This document shows, in pieces, positions 10,433 through 21,049 of a stretch of 64,000 bases of DNA. The stretch covers positions 1,248,001 through 1,312,000 of the forward strand of contig CBDHDG010000007.1 of assembly GCA_965261595.1 (NCBI GenBank). The letters run 5' to 3'. The translations under genes were made by a program, and so were the position numbers. The DNA comes from a bacterium. Its GTDB lineage: Bacteria > UBA8248 > JACPRG01 > G963555815. The notes beneath the pieces are model-generated. The model worked only from the letters and a program-made list of their open reading frames with translations, made no database searches and was not told the DNA's origin. Positions within the stretch are counted from its first letter, which is position 1, and each line of letters begins with the position of its first letter.

Positions 10433-10539
10433 CGGATGCCCCTTCGGGAACAGGAGGGCCCTATATTTTCCGGATTGTTCTGTGAGCTCAAGCTTAAGCT
10501 GATTTTTCCGCCGGCTCCTTCGGGAGAATTCGTTCCGGG

Positions 10540-11943
10540 TCCCCCGCTCTAGGGTTTTGTTGGACACTCGATTGATCCATGATTCATGGAGAAAGGGGTG
10601 TCGCGATGAACGAACAAAAGCAAGAGGGGGCTTTGGCGGAGGGCGCCCGCAGGGCGAACGGAGCCAAGGCCCCAGGGCATCGCAGTGAGCGGGGTCGGTT
10701 CTCCTGCCAGCGCAAGCGGGAGGCGGTCCTGCGTCTTTTGCGGGGCGAGAGCCTGGAGACGCTCTGCCGCGAGTTGGGCACGACAGCGGCTCGGCTTTCC
10801 GCCTGGCGCGAGGCGTTCCTTCGCGCGGGCGAGGCGGCGCTCAAAGCCCGCCCGGCGGATGAGCGGGACGAGGAGAACGCCCGGCTCAAGGCCAAGGTGG
10901 GCGAACTCACGATGGAGGGCGAGGTCCTGCGGGAGAAGATCGACCGCCTGGAGGCCGGCCGCCCTTTAGCCGGCAGGAGGTGGAGGCGATGAGTCAGGCC
11001 CGCTTCACCTCCACGGGCAGAGCCTACGGCCTGAAGCGGGTGTGCGCCCTTTGGGGCTTGGCGCGCTCCACGGTCTACGCGCAACGGCGGCGAGAGGCGG
11101 TCCCCGTTCATGAACGCCCCACGCCCAATAAGCGCGGCCCTGTGGGCCCGTGCACCGATGCGGAACTCCTCGGCCACATCCGGCAGGTCCTGGAGGACTC
11201 TCCCTTCCATGGCGAGGGCTACCGCAAGGTGTGGGCGAGGCTGCGCTTCGCGGGCATCCGCACCAGCAAGGAGCGGGTGCGTCGCCTGATGCGGGAGGCG
11301 GGGCTTCAGGCCCCCCACCGGGTGGGCAAACCCCGAGGTCCCAAGGCCCACAACGGGACCATCCGCACCGAGCGGCCCGACCGAATGTGGGGCACGGACA
11401 TGACGACGACGGTGACCACCGAGGAGGGGATGGCCTCGGTGTTCGTGGCGGTGGATCACTGCTCGGTGGACTGCGTGGGGATCCATGCGGCCAAGAGCGG
11501 CAACCGCTTCGAGGCCCTGGAGCCGATCCGGCAGGGGGTCGCCGAGCGCTTCGCCGGCTTGGAGGCGGACGTCGCCGAGGGGCTTAAAGTTCGTCACGAC
11601 CACGGCCCCGCCTATCTGTCCGATGACTTTCAGCGGGAGATCGCCTACCTGGGCATGACCAGTTCGCCCAGCTTCGTGCGGGCGCCCGAGGGAAATGGCT
11701 ACTGTGAGTGGTTTATCCGCATCTTGAAGGAGAATCTCCTGTGGGTGCGCTCTTTCGCCACCGTAGAGGAACTGCGGTGGGCGCTGCTTGAGTTCAAAAA
11801 CCTGTACAACCATCATTGGATTCTCGAGGGCTACGGCTACCGAACGCCGGCCCAGGCAAGGCAGGAAAAACTCGCTCAAGTTGCGGAGGCCGCATGAGGT
11901 CGAATACCCTCACCCGAGTGTCCAATAACCCAGGGGCGGTCCA
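10540..11943 (+). mobile_element. IS3-like element copy 1 (orfA ~10606-10992, orfB 10989-11897)
   Basis: HTH orfA plus DDE orfB (WGTDMT, RHDHG, GNGYCE); IRs; TSD CGGG. Confidence 0.95.
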
Positions 11944-12015
11944 CGGGTTCGTTCGGACACTTTACAGCGAAAGAGAGAGCACCGCGCTGGGAGAATCCAA
12001 TAGCGGTGCGCCTTC

Positions 12016-13011
12016 CTATAGGTCCATCGAGCGCCCCAGTCCCTGGGCGGAGGCCCGCTCGAAAACAAAGTGCGCGAGAGCGATGTCCTGTGTGATCATC
12101 CCCTGGGGAACCGCGAGAATGATTTCCTCCTCCCGCTCGCGGCCCGCGGACTTCCCTGAAACAACGTCCCCAAGCTCCGCATGAAGGCCGGATTCCATAA
12201 AAGCGCCGCTCTTCAGACCCGCCGCCAGGTCGCCCCAGAGCTTGCACTTCTCCCAGTCATCCGGAATCACCTTATCGATTCGTTTGAACACCTCGGGGTC
12301 AAGCTCCTGATGGGTCCCCATGGAAAGGACGAGGGATCCTGCCTCCAGGAGACGAGCGGGCACAAGGGGCGCGTCGGCGGTGGTGGCGGTCACAACGACG
12401 TCGGCCCCGTCGAGGGCTTCATCGACCGTGTCCACCGGATGCGCCTGAATCCCCAGCTCCCGCCCCATCCGGGTGGAAAAGGCCTCCCTGCTTTCCGGGC
12501 GGCGGGACGTTACAAAGACCTCCGCGATCGGCAGGATTTCACAGAGCGCCATGAGAACCGTGCGCGCCATCAGTCCGGCCCCGACCATCCCCACCCGGCG
12601 GCTGTCCGGGCGTGCCAGGAATTTCGCCGCCACCCCGGCCTCGGCCCCGGTCCGCAGGAACCAGCTCCACGTCTCGTCAATCATGGCAATGGGTCTGCAC
12701 GTCTCCAAATCGATCAGAAGGATGTAGCGAAAAGACTCCGGCAGACCCCGGCCGGGGTTATCCGAATTCGCCGCCGCACAGCGAAAGCCCATGACCGATT
12801 ACTTCTTGAGTCCGCACATTTTCGAAAAGAAGTAGTGATGTCCCTCCGTCCTCGGAAGCCATAGCTGCATCATGCGGCCCTGAGGATAGAGGGCGTTTTC
12901 CTCCGTCGTCGTCACCACGAAGTCCTCCTCCACCAGGCGGAGGGCCGTTGGCATATCCAACAGTTTTTCGGCACCGGCGTTCGGAATGTACAGAAGCTTG
13001 AAATCGGCCAT
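12016..13011 (-). pseudogene. ornithine cyclodeaminase/mu-crystallin family, in-frame TAA at 12799-12801
   Basis: LRTGA..GMVGAGLMA, ADVVVTAT, GMITQD; the 70-aa and 258-aa ORFs are in the same frame separated by a single TAA. Confidence 0.85.
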
Positions 13012-13062
13012 CCGGAAACTCCTCTAGCGCGAGCGGCGCCTCATCAAACGTTTCTCCGCGGA

Positions 13063-13917
13063 TCAGAGGGGGGGCTCCACTTCCTGATGCAAGGTGATGG
13101 GCAGGTGGCGGAAGCGCTCCACGATCTCCACCGTATTCCGGACGATGACCTCGTGCACCTTCCGCCCCTTTTCCGCCGTGGCGGTGGTGGGGTCTCCTTC
13201 GACCCCCGAGGGTCTGTCTTTCGGCTCCAATTCTCCCGTCCGGAGCGATACCCCCTGTCGAAATTCCCGCCAGGTGTTCTTGATGGAAACGCGATTTCCT
13301 TCCAGCTCCGGATCCAGCATCAGGAAGGAAAAGGAATACTTGTCCTGTTGAGACCCCATGGATTTTTCGGCGTGCTCCATCTCCACAAGCTCAGGCGCAT
13401 AGTGGAGCATGGCGGAGGTCTCGATCTCGCAGGCATGACCGATTCCGCCCGGGGGAGACTCGCTCAATTCCTTCACTTCCAGAAAGGCGACCAGCGCGAG
13501 GTCCACGGTACAGATGAACGCCCCGGTGCGGTTCCGAAGCCGCGTGGCGACGATCTCCGCCGGGGGCAGGTTGAAGATGCGGTGTCCATTCAGAATGAAG
13601 ATCTTCCGGAAGCCTTGGAAAATCAAACTCTGGCAGACGTCTTCGATCACGGCGGCGAGAGTCTCGGGACGAAGGGTGAGGGTCCCCGGAAAGGCCATGT
13701 GGTGGGGGGTCCAACCGTAAGGAAGTGGAGGGGCCGCAAGGACCCCGGTCCGCTCCGCCACGGCCCGGGCCACTTCCGTTGCCTCCACCGTGTCGGTCTT
13801 CAACGGCAGGTGCCGGCCGTGCTGCTCGGTGCTTCCGAGGGGGAGCAATATGGTATCGTTGTTTTCGAGGTAGGCCTCGACTTCGGGCCACCGCAGATCA
13901 TGGAGCCAGACTTTCAT
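13063..13917 (-). CDS. creatininase family amidohydrolase
   Basis: PLGSTEQHGRHLPLxTD, NGHxxN, GHACEIETS, GDPTTATAEKG. Confidence 0.9.
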   Translation of the reverse strand: MKVWLHDLRWPEVEAYLENNDTILLPLGSTEQHGRHLPLKTDTVEATEVARAVAERTGVLAAPPLPYGWTPHHMAFPGTLTLRPETLAAVIEDVCQSLIFQGFRKIFILNGHRIFNLPPAEIVATRLRNRTGAFICTVDLALVAFLEVKELSESPPGGIGHACEIETSAMLHYAPELVEMEHAEKSMGSQQDKYSFSFLMLDPELEGNRVSIKNTWREFRQGVSLRTGELEPKDRPSGVEGDPTTATAEKGRKVHEVIVRNTVEIVERFRHLPITLHQEVEPPL

Positions 13918-13949
13918 AGAGGCTTCCTCCCAAGATCAAGAGAAGGGAA

Positions 13950-15152
13950 ATGCCAAGGCCAAAACCTTCCCGCCGGGGCCGGGAGATCGAATGCACTCCG
14001 ATCATCGACCTGGAAAATCGACGCATGAAACTTGTGCGCGAGGGGAAAGACATCGTGAATTTCGCCGGTGGAGAGTTCGACCTTCCCACCCCCGACGCCA
14101 TCATCGAAGAGGGCGTGAAGGCGCTTCGTGAGGGTTTTACCCGCTACACGGAAGACGCCGGCCTGCCCGAGCTTCGAGAGGCGTTGTGTCAAAAATTCGC
14201 CCATGAAAACAGGATTCACTATACAACGGATGAGGTGCTGATTACGCCGGGCTCGAAGTTCGCACTCTATACGGCCTTGCAGGTCCTTTGCGAGCCCAGC
14301 GATGAAATCCTTATCCCGGCCCCTTTTTGGCCGACGTACAAAGAGCAGATTCTCCTCGCGAGAGGTCGTCCGCGGGTCATTTCCCTGTCCCGAGAGAACC
14401 ATTTCAAGCTTACGCCTGAGGCCCTGTTGGGAAGCCTGACAGAGAAGGCCCGGGTTCTTATTCTGAATAATCCGGTCAACCCCACCGGCGCCGTATACAC
14501 GCGTGCGGAGCTTGAAGCCCTGGCGGAAATCATCGTGCGCGAGGGCCTGTTCGTCATCGTGGATGAAATTTATGAACACCTCGTCTTTGAGGTGCCCGGG
14601 CATGTCTCCCTCGCGTCACTCGGCGAGGATATCCACTCCCAGACCATTACGGTGGGGGGATGGTCGAAGAATTTCTCAATGACGGGCTGGCGCATCGGCT
14701 TTGCCGCGGGGCCTCGCGATGTGGTTTCCGCGATGAAGGGGATCCAGAGTCAAGTGACCTCCTGCGCAAACGCCGCTGCGCAGAAGGCCGCGGTCATTGC
14801 CCTTTCGGGCGGGCCCGTGCGCGAACTCAAAGAAACCCTTCGTGTCCGAAGGGATGCCTTGCTGGACGGCCTGGAAAACCTCCCGGGGCTTTCCCCTCTT
14901 TTTCCATCAGCGGGGTTTTACATTTTCGTCGAGGTCTCCCCGGAGCTTGGCTTCGAGCGGAAGGGCAAGGGGAAAGCACCCGTCGATTCGGCTTCACTTG
15001 CGAATGCGCTCTTGGAAGAGGCTTCGGTGTCGTTATTGCCAGGTTCCATTTTCGAGGCGGAAGGATACCTCCGGCTCACATTCGCCCCGACTCCGTTGTC
15101 TCGAATCGAAGAAGGCGTGAACCGTCTTCGGACCTTTTTCGCATCGAAGTAA
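13950..15152 (+). CDS. PLP-dependent aminotransferase class I/II (aspartate aminotransferase-like)
   Basis: NNPVNPTG, DEIYE, SKNFSMTGWRIG. Confidence 0.92.
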   Translation: MPRPKPSRRGREIECTPIIDLENRRMKLVREGKDIVNFAGGEFDLPTPDAIIEEGVKALREGFTRYTEDAGLPELREALCQKFAHENRIHYTTDEVLITPGSKFALYTALQVLCEPSDEILIPAPFWPTYKEQILLARGRPRVISLSRENHFKLTPEALLGSLTEKARVLILNNPVNPTGAVYTRAELEALAEIIVREGLFVIVDEIYEHLVFEVPGHVSLASLGEDIHSQTITVGGWSKNFSMTGWRIGFAAGPRDVVSAMKGIQSQVTSCANAAAQKAAVIALSGGPVRELKETLRVRRDALLDGLENLPGLSPLFPSAGFYIFVEVSPELGFERKGKGKAPVDSASLANALLEEASVSLLPGSIFEAEGYLRLTFAPTPLSRIEEGVNRLRTFFASK

Positions 15153-15630
15153 ACCCTGGACCGCGCGACGGGAAACGTTCGTCCAATCACCGCATTCAGG
15201 GTTGACCTGTCTTCCCGAAACCGGTCCAGGCGGTGGACTTGCCTGTTTTTTCCCAGTTTCCGTGGGAATCTCACGATCTTTCTCGCTTGAAATCGTGGTT
15301 TCCGATATCTCACGGGATAACCTTCTCTTTTCCGGCAAGCACTCCTTGCGATCCGCTGGCCGGTGGCCAAAATTAGTGATAGATTTGTGAATCCGGTGAG
15401 TGTCAATGTAACATCTGACTCTCCTGAAACTCGCTATGGGAAAATGAAAGCCTGGATGGGTCGTGGCTTTGTTGTTCCGCGCGGTCGCCCGCGAACTGTG
15501 GGTCCGCTGTTTGCGAATTCTCAGTGCGGAGAGTTAGGTTGCCGGCGACTGATGCCGCCGCCAAGAACGGCCATGGAAACTCGCGAAGTCTCGGGGTTCC
15601 ACAAAGATTCGTCTCAAGTGAGTGATCACC

Positions 15631-15722
15631 GGAGAGGTGACCGAGCGGTTGAAGGTGCACGACTGGAAATCGTGTAGGCGGGTAAAACTGCCTCGAGGGT
15701 TCGAATCCCTCCCTCTCCGCCA
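15631..15722 (+). tRNA. tRNA-Ser(GGA)
   Basis: GGAGAGG acceptor stem, CACGA-CT-GGA-AA-TCGTG anticodon arm, long variable arm, GTTCGAATC, encoded CCA. Confidence 0.97.
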
Positions 15723-15733
15723 GAAAACCCAAT

Positions 15734-16008
15734 GGGTCGTGCTAGGCGGGGCGTTAGCGGTGCCCTGTCGCCCGAAATCCGCTACATGCGGGGCTGAATC
15801 CCCCATGGCGGCCGAATCGTTCGGGTGGATGATCCCGGGTGGAAGGCGTCGAAGGCCGGGTCTTGTGCGACGGGTTGCCTGCGAACCCCGTCAGATCCGG
15901 AAGGAAGCAGCGGTAAGCAATGCGTTCCGTGCGCCGCGAGGTTGCCTGGCCTGAGCCGACCACCCTGGACGCCTCCGGACGGGACGGTCAATGTGGGGTG
16001 CACGACCC
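15734..16008 (+). ncRNA. ffs: large (Alu-domain) bacterial SRP RNA
   Basis: Helix-8 motif GTCAGATCCGGAAGGAAGCAGC; terminal stem GGGTCGTGC/GCACGACCC; complementary Alu loops TAGCGG/CCGCTA; directly upstream of dnaX. Confidence 0.93.
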
Positions 16009-16127
16009 TTGACCCCGCGGTGGGCCGGTCCTGCCTCCCGGCCGGCGTTGATGTAGCCGGATCCGGGAGTCGGCCGGGACTCCCCCCCGCTCCCTGAACC
16101 CGCTCCCCGGAAAAGGCGTTCCGCTCC

Positions 16128-18065
16128 GTGGCCTACCAGGTGACCGCCAGAAAGTACCGGCCCCAGACCTTCGAGGGGCTCACCGGCCAGGATCACGTCC
16201 GGCGGACGTTGCAGAACGCCCTTCGCAAAAACCGCATCGCGCACGCGTACATCTTCTCGGGCCCCCGCGGCGTGGGGAAAACGACCGTCGCCCGGCTGCT
16301 CGCCAAGGCGGTCAACTGCGAAGTCCGCGCCGCGGCCGAGGCGGAGGGCAAGCCCCTCCCGGTCGAGCCCTGCGACCAGTGCTCTTCCTGCCTGGAGATC
16401 ATCCAGGACCGCCATCCCGACGTATTGGAGATCGACGGGGCCTCCAACACCGGCGTGGACCACATCCGGGATCTGCGGGAGAAGGTGCGGTACGCGCCCG
16501 CCCGGGGCGGGCGCAAGGTCTATGTGATTGATGAAGTCCATATGCTTTCCAAGGGCGCGTTCAACGCCCTGTTGAAGACCCTGGAGGAGCCCCCGGAGGG
16601 CGTCATCTTCATCTTCTCCACGACGGAGCCCGAAAGAATTCCGGCCACCATCAGCTCCCGCTGCCAGTGCTTCGACTTCCACCGCCTGCCCCCCGTCGTC
16701 ATCATCGAGCAGCTCGCCCGGATTGCGGAAGGCGAGCGGATCGACATCGAACAGAACGCCCTCCACCTGATCGCGCGCACCGCCGACGGCAGCATGCGGG
16801 ACGCCCAAAGCCTGTTCGATCAGGTTGTCGCGTACACGGGGGGGGGGGAGGGAGGAGGGGGGGAAGAGCGGGGCCGGACGCTGACGGAGGAGAAGGTCTC
16901 CGACGCCCTCGGTCTCGTTTCCGGATCGATCGTCCGGAAGGTCGCCGACGCGATCGCGCGCGACGAGACCCAGGGGCTGCTCGAAGCGGTGCGGGACATT
17001 TTCCGTGAAGGTCAGGACCTGAAGCAGTTTTGCATTTCCCTCATGAGTTTTTTCCGCGATCTTCTCGTGGCGGAGATGGTCTCGGCGGGGGGAGGGGGGG
17101 GAGACCATCCGGACCCGTCCGCGTTGCTGGACCTGACGCCCGAGGAAGCGGGGGAGTTGACGGCCTTGGCGAAGACCTTCGGCCGGGAAAGGCTGCACCG
17201 GTGCTTCCGGATAGCGATGGACCTCGAGCGCGACGTCCGCCTGGCCGCGAGTCCCCAGCCGGTTCTGGAGATGTCTCTGCTTCGCATGGCCGGCCTCAGG
17301 CCCTCGGTCTCCCTCGAAGCGGTCATGAAAAAGCTCGGCGAGGTCGAGGCCGCCCTCGGGGGAGAGAGGGGAGGGGGGGGGGAGTCGGGTGAGGAACGGC
17401 GCGCAACGGCCGAAACGGAGGAGAAATCCGAGACCGCTTCCCGCGTGGAAGCCGGGACCGCCCCCGGCGTGGAAGAAGATGCGGCCGCCTTAGAGGACGC
17501 CGCTCCTCTCCCTCCGCCCGGCGGTTCTGCCGGCGCCAGTTCTGCCGGCGGTAGTTCGACCGGCGGCGGGACGCCCGACGCCGTTTCGCCTGAAGCCGGC
17601 CCGCCTCCGGCGCCCGACGGGGGGGGGGAGGACCAGCGGGGGCTTTGGCAAAGGCTCCTGCACGAGGTGGGGCAATCCAAAAAGGCGGTCTTGCATTATC
17701 TGGAAGGCGGAAACCTGGTCTCGACAGACCGGGGCGAGGTGAAGATCGGGGTCATTCGACACAACCTCCTGCGCGCGCAAACCAATCAGGTTGTCATCAT
17801 GGAGGCCGTCCGGCGGATTTGGGGCGAGGGGAACAAGGTTGTGCTGGTCCCGGTCGCGGAGGCCGAGGACGCCGGCCCGGCTGGCGGATCCCCCGATAAC
17901 GGTGTTCGCGCGGCCGGTCCCGCGGAGTCGGGAACCGATCCGCTCAAGCTCATGGGAGACATCTTTCGGGACGCGGATGAAATCTTCGGCGACACCGGGG
18001 ACGGGTCCGAAGGCGGCGGCGAGCCCCCAGGCGGCGCGCCCCCCGACGCGTCCCGCGCCGACTAG
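16128..18065 (+). CDS. dnaX: DNA polymerase III subunit gamma/tau
   Basis: [18 protein letters not shown], zinc Cys cluster, [21 protein letters not shown]. Confidence 0.97.
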   Translation: MAYQVTARKYRPQTFEGLTGQDHVRRTLQNALRKNRIAHAYIFSGPRGVGKTTVARLLAKAVNCEVRAAAEAEGKPLPVEPCDQCSSCLEIIQDRHPDVLEIDGASNTGVDHIRDLREKVRYAPARGGRKVYVIDEVHMLSKGAFNALLKTLEEPPEGVIFIFSTTEPERIPATISSRCQCFDFHRLPPVVIIEQLARIAEGERIDIEQNALHLIARTADGSMRDAQSLFDQVVAYTGGGEGGGGEERGRTLTEEKVSDALGLVSGSIVRKVADAIARDETQGLLEAVRDIFREGQDLKQFCISLMSFFRDLLVAEMVSAGGGGGDHPDPSALLDLTPEEAGELTALAKTFGRERLHRCFRIAMDLERDVRLAASPQPVLEMSLLRMAGLRPSVSLEAVMKKLGEVEAALGGERGGGGESGEERRATAETEEKSETASRVEAGTAPGVEEDAAALEDAAPLPPPGGSAGASSAGGSSTGGGTPDAVSPEAGPPPAPDGGGEDQRGLWQRLLHEVGQSKKAVLHYLEGGNLVSTDRGEVKIGVIRHNLLRAQTNQVVIMEAVRRIWGEGNKVVLVPVAEAEDAGPAGGSPDNGVRAAGPAESGTDPLKLMGDIFRDADEIFGDTGDGSEGGGEPPGGAPPDASRAD

Positions 18066-18135
18066 CGCTTCCCCCCCCCTCCACCTCCACTTTCCGGCGG
18101 GAGAGGCTTCGAAAACGCGAGGAGATGACCGGAAC

Positions 18136-18459
18136 ATGGCCCGTCAATTCGGAAACATGGGAAACATGATGAAACAGGCCCAGAAGCTCCAGGCCGACAT
18201 GGAGCGGCTTCAGGAGGAGCTGGGCAGCCAATCCGTAGAGGGCACGGCCGGAGGCGGTATGGTCAAGGCCGTCGTCACCGGAAAGCAGGAGGTCGTCTCC
18301 ATCGCGATCGAAAAGGAGGTCGTGGACCCGGAGGACGTGGAGATGCTCCAGGATCTCGTCACTGCCGCCGTGAACGAGGCCCTGCGCAAGTCCAGAGACA
18401 TGATGACCGAGCAGATGTCGAAGCTGACGGGAGGGATGAATATTCCGGGGCTGACGTAG
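18136..18459 (+). CDS. ybaB: YbaB/EbfC nucleoid-associated protein
   Basis: [36 protein letters not shown]; synteny with dnaX and recR. Confidence 0.95.
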   Translation: MARQFGNMGNMMKQAQKLQADMERLQEELGSQSVEGTAGGGMVKAVVTGKQEVVSIAIEKEVVDPEDVEMLQDLVTAAVNEALRKSRDMMTEQMSKLTGGMNIPGLT

Positions 18460-18507
18460 TGTCGTATCTCGGAGGTGACTTCACGAATTCCGTACCTCCT
18501 CAAAGAA

Positions 18508-18729
18508 GGGTGCCACTGGCGGCTTGTCCGCCAGTGCCGCATCATTTTGCGGGAAATCCAAAGGGCATCCCGTTACCTGAATCTTATTGAAAATAGTCCT
18601 GAGACGAGATACCAGGACTGCTTCAGGAGAGTGCTTTGCGCTACGATGGGGTCGCGCCATTTATGCCTCGGAAGGGGGCGATGGTTCTGACAGAAGGAGG
18701 CACTGGCAGGCCAGCTGCCAGTGGCGCCC
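18508..18729. repeat. inverted pair of REP-like palindromes
   Basis: 18508-18537 reverse complement GCACTGGCGGACAAGCCGCCAGTGGCACCC matches 18700-18729 GCACTGGCAGGCCAGCTGCCAGTGGCGCCC. Confidence 0.7.
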
Positions 18730-18915
18730 GTTCTTAAAAACAATGACTGTTATTCCGGTGAGCCGGCCCCGAGCCTTGCGTGAGAGGGCAGCGAGGAATC
18801 CGCTTAACGGATTGGTCCGCGGGCGCCCAGGTGTCCATACAGGAATAGCGGGTGGGTGTGATGACCTGCCCATTTCTTTCGCGGCGTCGAAGGCGGCGAC
18901 TGAAAGGTTCTCCCC

Positions 18916-19512
18916 TTGGATCCATTCCCCGCTATCCGGTCTTTGGTGAACGAGCTTCGGAAGCTTCCCGGCATTGGGCCGAAGAGCGCGCAGCGGATGG
19001 CCTTCCATCTCCTCAAGCGCGACCGCGCGGAGGTCGAGGCCCTGGCGTCGGCCCTCCGGGAGATGAAAGAGAAGGTCCGGTTCTGCACCCGGTGCCACGG
19101 GATCGCCGAGGGGGAGCTTTGCGCGTATTGCGCGGACCCCGAAAGGGATGCGTCCCTGATCTGCGTCGTCGAGGAGCCGGCGGACGTATTCGCCGTCGAG
19201 AAGACCGGTGAGTTTCACGGCCGGTATCACGTCCTGATGGGTGCGCTTTCTCCCCTGGACGGCATCGGCCCCGAGGAGTTGACCATCGCCTCCCTGGAGC
19301 GGCGGGTCGAGGCCGAGGGGATCAAAGAGACCATCATCGCGACCAACCCCAACATGGAGGGCGACGCGACGGCCATGTACCTGTCGAAGCGTCTTGCGCC
19401 CAAGGGCGTCCGGGTTTCCCGAATCGCGCGCGGAATTCCTGTGGGCGCTTCTCTGGAATTCGCCGACGAGGTGACGCTCTCGCGCTCGCTGGAGGGGAGA
19501 CGGGAGATTTGA
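18916..19512 (+). CDS. recR: recombination mediator RecR
   Basis: LPGIGPKSAQR HhH, C4 zinc finger, TOPRIM (VVEEPAD, ATNPNMEGDATA); TTG start. Confidence 0.97.
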   Translation: MDPFPAIRSLVNELRKLPGIGPKSAQRMAFHLLKRDRAEVEALASALREMKEKVRFCTRCHGIAEGELCAYCADPERDASLICVVEEPADVFAVEKTGEFHGRYHVLMGALSPLDGIGPEELTIASLERRVEAEGIKETIIATNPNMEGDATAMYLSKRLAPKGVRVSRIARGIPVGASLEFADEVTLSRSLEGRREI

Positions 19513-19698
19513 TCCCGATACAACTCTGTTGCCGCGCGAAATGTTTCACAGGGCGCCGGGAGGGTTTCCGGTGCGAACGGGCCTCGCGGACCGAGCCGGG
19601 GCGCGTTTTTCAAAAAACCCCCCGTCCCCCTCCACCCCCCTCCGCGTCTTATGGGATAAAATCCCGGTTACGGCCTCTGAATTGAAAAGGGATCCGGC

Positions 19699-21045
19699 AT
19701 GAAACCCGACCTCGTCGTCAAGAACGCGAAGATCGTCAACTCCCTGGGGACGTACGAGGGCCACGTTCTGATCCGGGACGGGAAGGTCCTGGCCGTCACG
19801 TCCGACCTCGACGGCGAGGCCGATTCGGTCATCGACGCCGGGGGACGCTACGTCCTGCCCGGCATGGTGGACGACCATGTCCACATGATGGACCCGGGCC
19901 ACACCGAGCGGGAGGACTTCACGACCGGGACGAAGGCGTCCGCGCGCGGAGGCGCGACGACCGTCATCGAGCACCACCGGACCCTCCCGCCGGTATTCAC
20001 GGCCGACTTGCTGCGCGAGAAGAGCGCATACCTCAAGGACAAGTCCGTCGTCGATTTCGCCCAGCTCGGCGGCCTGGCCCCGGACAACCTGGATCAGCTC
20101 CGGCCCATGTGGGAGGCCGGGGCGCTCGGCTTCAAGGGGTTTCTGGTCGAGCTCCACGGCGCGCCCATGCTGAGCGAGGGCGTGCTCCTCGACATCATGC
20201 GGGAGGTCGGCTCGTTCGGCGGGACGTGCCTCTACCATTGCGAGAGCGACTCCATCTGCCGCCTGGAGGAGGAGAAGATCGAGCGGGACGGGCGGACCGA
20301 CTACCGCTCGATGCTGGCCTGGAGGTCGATGGAGGCCGAGTACATGGCCTCGATGGACCTCATCAACCTGGCCGAGTTGACCGGCTGCCAATCCACCATC
20401 GCCCACGTGAGCCAGCCCCGCATCCTAGAGGCCGTTCAGGCGGCCCGGCGGCGCGGCGTCCCCGTGTACGCCGAATCCTGTCCGCATTATTTTTACCTGA
20501 CCGAGGAGGAAGGCGAGAAGCGCGGGCCGTGGGCCAAGTTCACGCCGCCGCCGCGCCCCGAAGCCGTCCGGGACGGCATGCGCGAGGCCCTGGGCAAGGG
20601 ATGGGTGGACATCATCGCCACCGACCACTGCCCGCACGTGAAGTCCGATAAGGAGAAGGGACTGGACAACATCCACAAGGCGCCCTTCGGCATCCCGGGG
20701 ATCGATACGACCTCCCGCCTGATGCTGAACGCCGTGAACGAAGGGTGGCTTACGCTGGAGCGCTTGGTGCGGCTGATGTGCGAGCAGCCGGCGAAGCTCT
20801 ACAACATCTTCCCGAAAAAGGGGACCCTCCAGCCGGGCTCGGACGCGGATCTGCTGATCGTCGATTTGGACCGGAAGGAGAAGCTCACGAACGATGGGGT
20901 CGTGAGCAAGTGCGGCTGGACGACGTTCGACGGGATGGAGACGACCGGCGCGCCCACCCTGACGATGGTCCGCGGAAATGTGGTGATGAAGGACGGCCAA
21001 GTCATGGGCGAGGCCGGAATCGGCGTGGAAGTGACGCGGGTCTGA
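19699..21045 (+). CDS. allantoinase/dihydroorotase-like cyclic amidohydrolase
   Basis: PGMVDDHVH, GFKGF, HCE, AHVS, ATDHCPH, GSDADL. Confidence 0.9.
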   Translation: MKPDLVVKNAKIVNSLGTYEGHVLIRDGKVLAVTSDLDGEADSVIDAGGRYVLPGMVDDHVHMMDPGHTEREDFTTGTKASARGGATTVIEHHRTLPPVFTADLLREKSAYLKDKSVVDFAQLGGLAPDNLDQLRPMWEAGALGFKGFLVELHGAPMLSEGVLLDIMREVGSFGGTCLYHCESDSICRLEEEKIERDGRTDYRSMLAWRSMEAEYMASMDLINLAELTGCQSTIAHVSQPRILEAVQAARRRGVPVYAESCPHYFYLTEEEGEKRGPWAKFTPPPRPEAVRDGMREALGKGWVDIIATDHCPHVKSDKEKGLDNIHKAPFGIPGIDTTSRLMLNAVNEGWLTLERLVRLMCEQPAKLYNIFPKKGTLQPGSDADLLIVDLDRKEKLTNDGVVSKCGWTTFDGMETTGAPTLTMVRGNVVMKDGQVMGEAGIGVEVTRV

Positions 21046-21049
21046 AAAC

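Noticed and set aside
10584..11879. 431-aa antisense ORF in the IS3-like copies, and other long antisense ORFs (e.g. 15891-17198, 36155-37651, 40231-41742)
   Set aside because: Shadow frames of GC-rich genes with no recognisable motifs
12799..12801. Sec/Pyl or alternative-code readthrough
   Set aside because: The codon is TAA, which also terminates ordinary genes in this window
15153..15630. ncRNA or ORF in the spacer before tRNA-Ser
   Set aside because: Only short palindromes; no supportable call beyond a probable promoter region
17326..17685. E. coli-type A AAA AAG frameshift in dnaX
   Set aside because: Only G AAA AAG and C AAA AAG are present; the canonical heptamer is absent
18800..18915. 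Riboswitch upstream of recR
   Set aside because: Hairpins are present but match no aptamer consensus I recognise
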